A DNA stretch of 63,029 bases, the filler included, from Octopus bimaculoides (Eukaryota), in the NCBI RefSeq assembly GCF_001194135.2. It is 12 parts of 11 records of this genome, joined end to end, with 100 filler letters (N's around TTAATTAATTAA, not from the genome) between each part and the next. Parts side by side here need not be neighbours in the genome. Positions count along the whole stretch, not along the records: positions 61,203 to 63,029 come from NW_026354303.1; 11 more parts are not named here. One strand, written 5' to 3'. The position numbers and the translations under genes are program-made. Shown here piece by piece: positions 62,945 through 63,029 of this stretch. Each line of letters opens with the position of its first letter. Within the stretch, counting starts at the first letter, position 1. The notes under the pieces are model-generated. The model was given only the letters and a program-made list of their open reading frames with translations. It ran no database searches and was not told the DNA's origin.

Positions 62945-63029
62945 TTGGTGTTGGCACTCCGTCGCTTACGACATCGAGTGTTCCAGTTGATCTGATCAAT
63001 GGAACAGTCTGCTCGTGAAATTAACGTGC
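62945..63029. repeat. Start of another interspersed SINE-like repeat, cut by the window end
   Basis: ggcactccgtcgcttacgac..ggaacagtctgctcgtgaaattaacgtgc resembles a common octopus repeat from memory. No second copy in the window. Confidence 0.4.

Overview
Animal draft-genome sequence, not prokaryotic. The SINE families, very dense (TA)n/(CA)n/(TACA)n/(TAA)n microsatellites and N-gap style point to an octopod cephalopod such as Octopus (inference from recalled repeat families, not from a search). The window is almost all decayed transposable elements, simple repeats and N gaps. Elements include several tRNA-derived SINE families, RTE, CR1/L2-like and R4/Dong-like LINEs, Penelope-like elements (PLEs), mariner and Tigger relics, MITEs, a Helitron helicase relic and a solo LTR. 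Host-gene evidence is limited to one probable first coding exon (PEX26-like, minus strand, 4252-4457) and one weaker exon candidate near 40 kb. Most entries in the ORF track are microsatellite or N-run translations. Most interesting observations: (i) minimal hammerhead-ribozyme motifs in short repeats, one with an intact core and one with a CUGU core variant; (ii) a PLE GIY-YIG nuclease whose two signature motifs are separated by a ~195-aa Thr/Asp-rich insert; (iii) the same inversion geometry recurring in three unrelated elements; (iv) an ORF1-only (HAL1-like) retroelement; (v) RLE-type LINEs and a non-coding element that sit in specific microsatellites. All alignments were made by eye and element boundaries are approximate.
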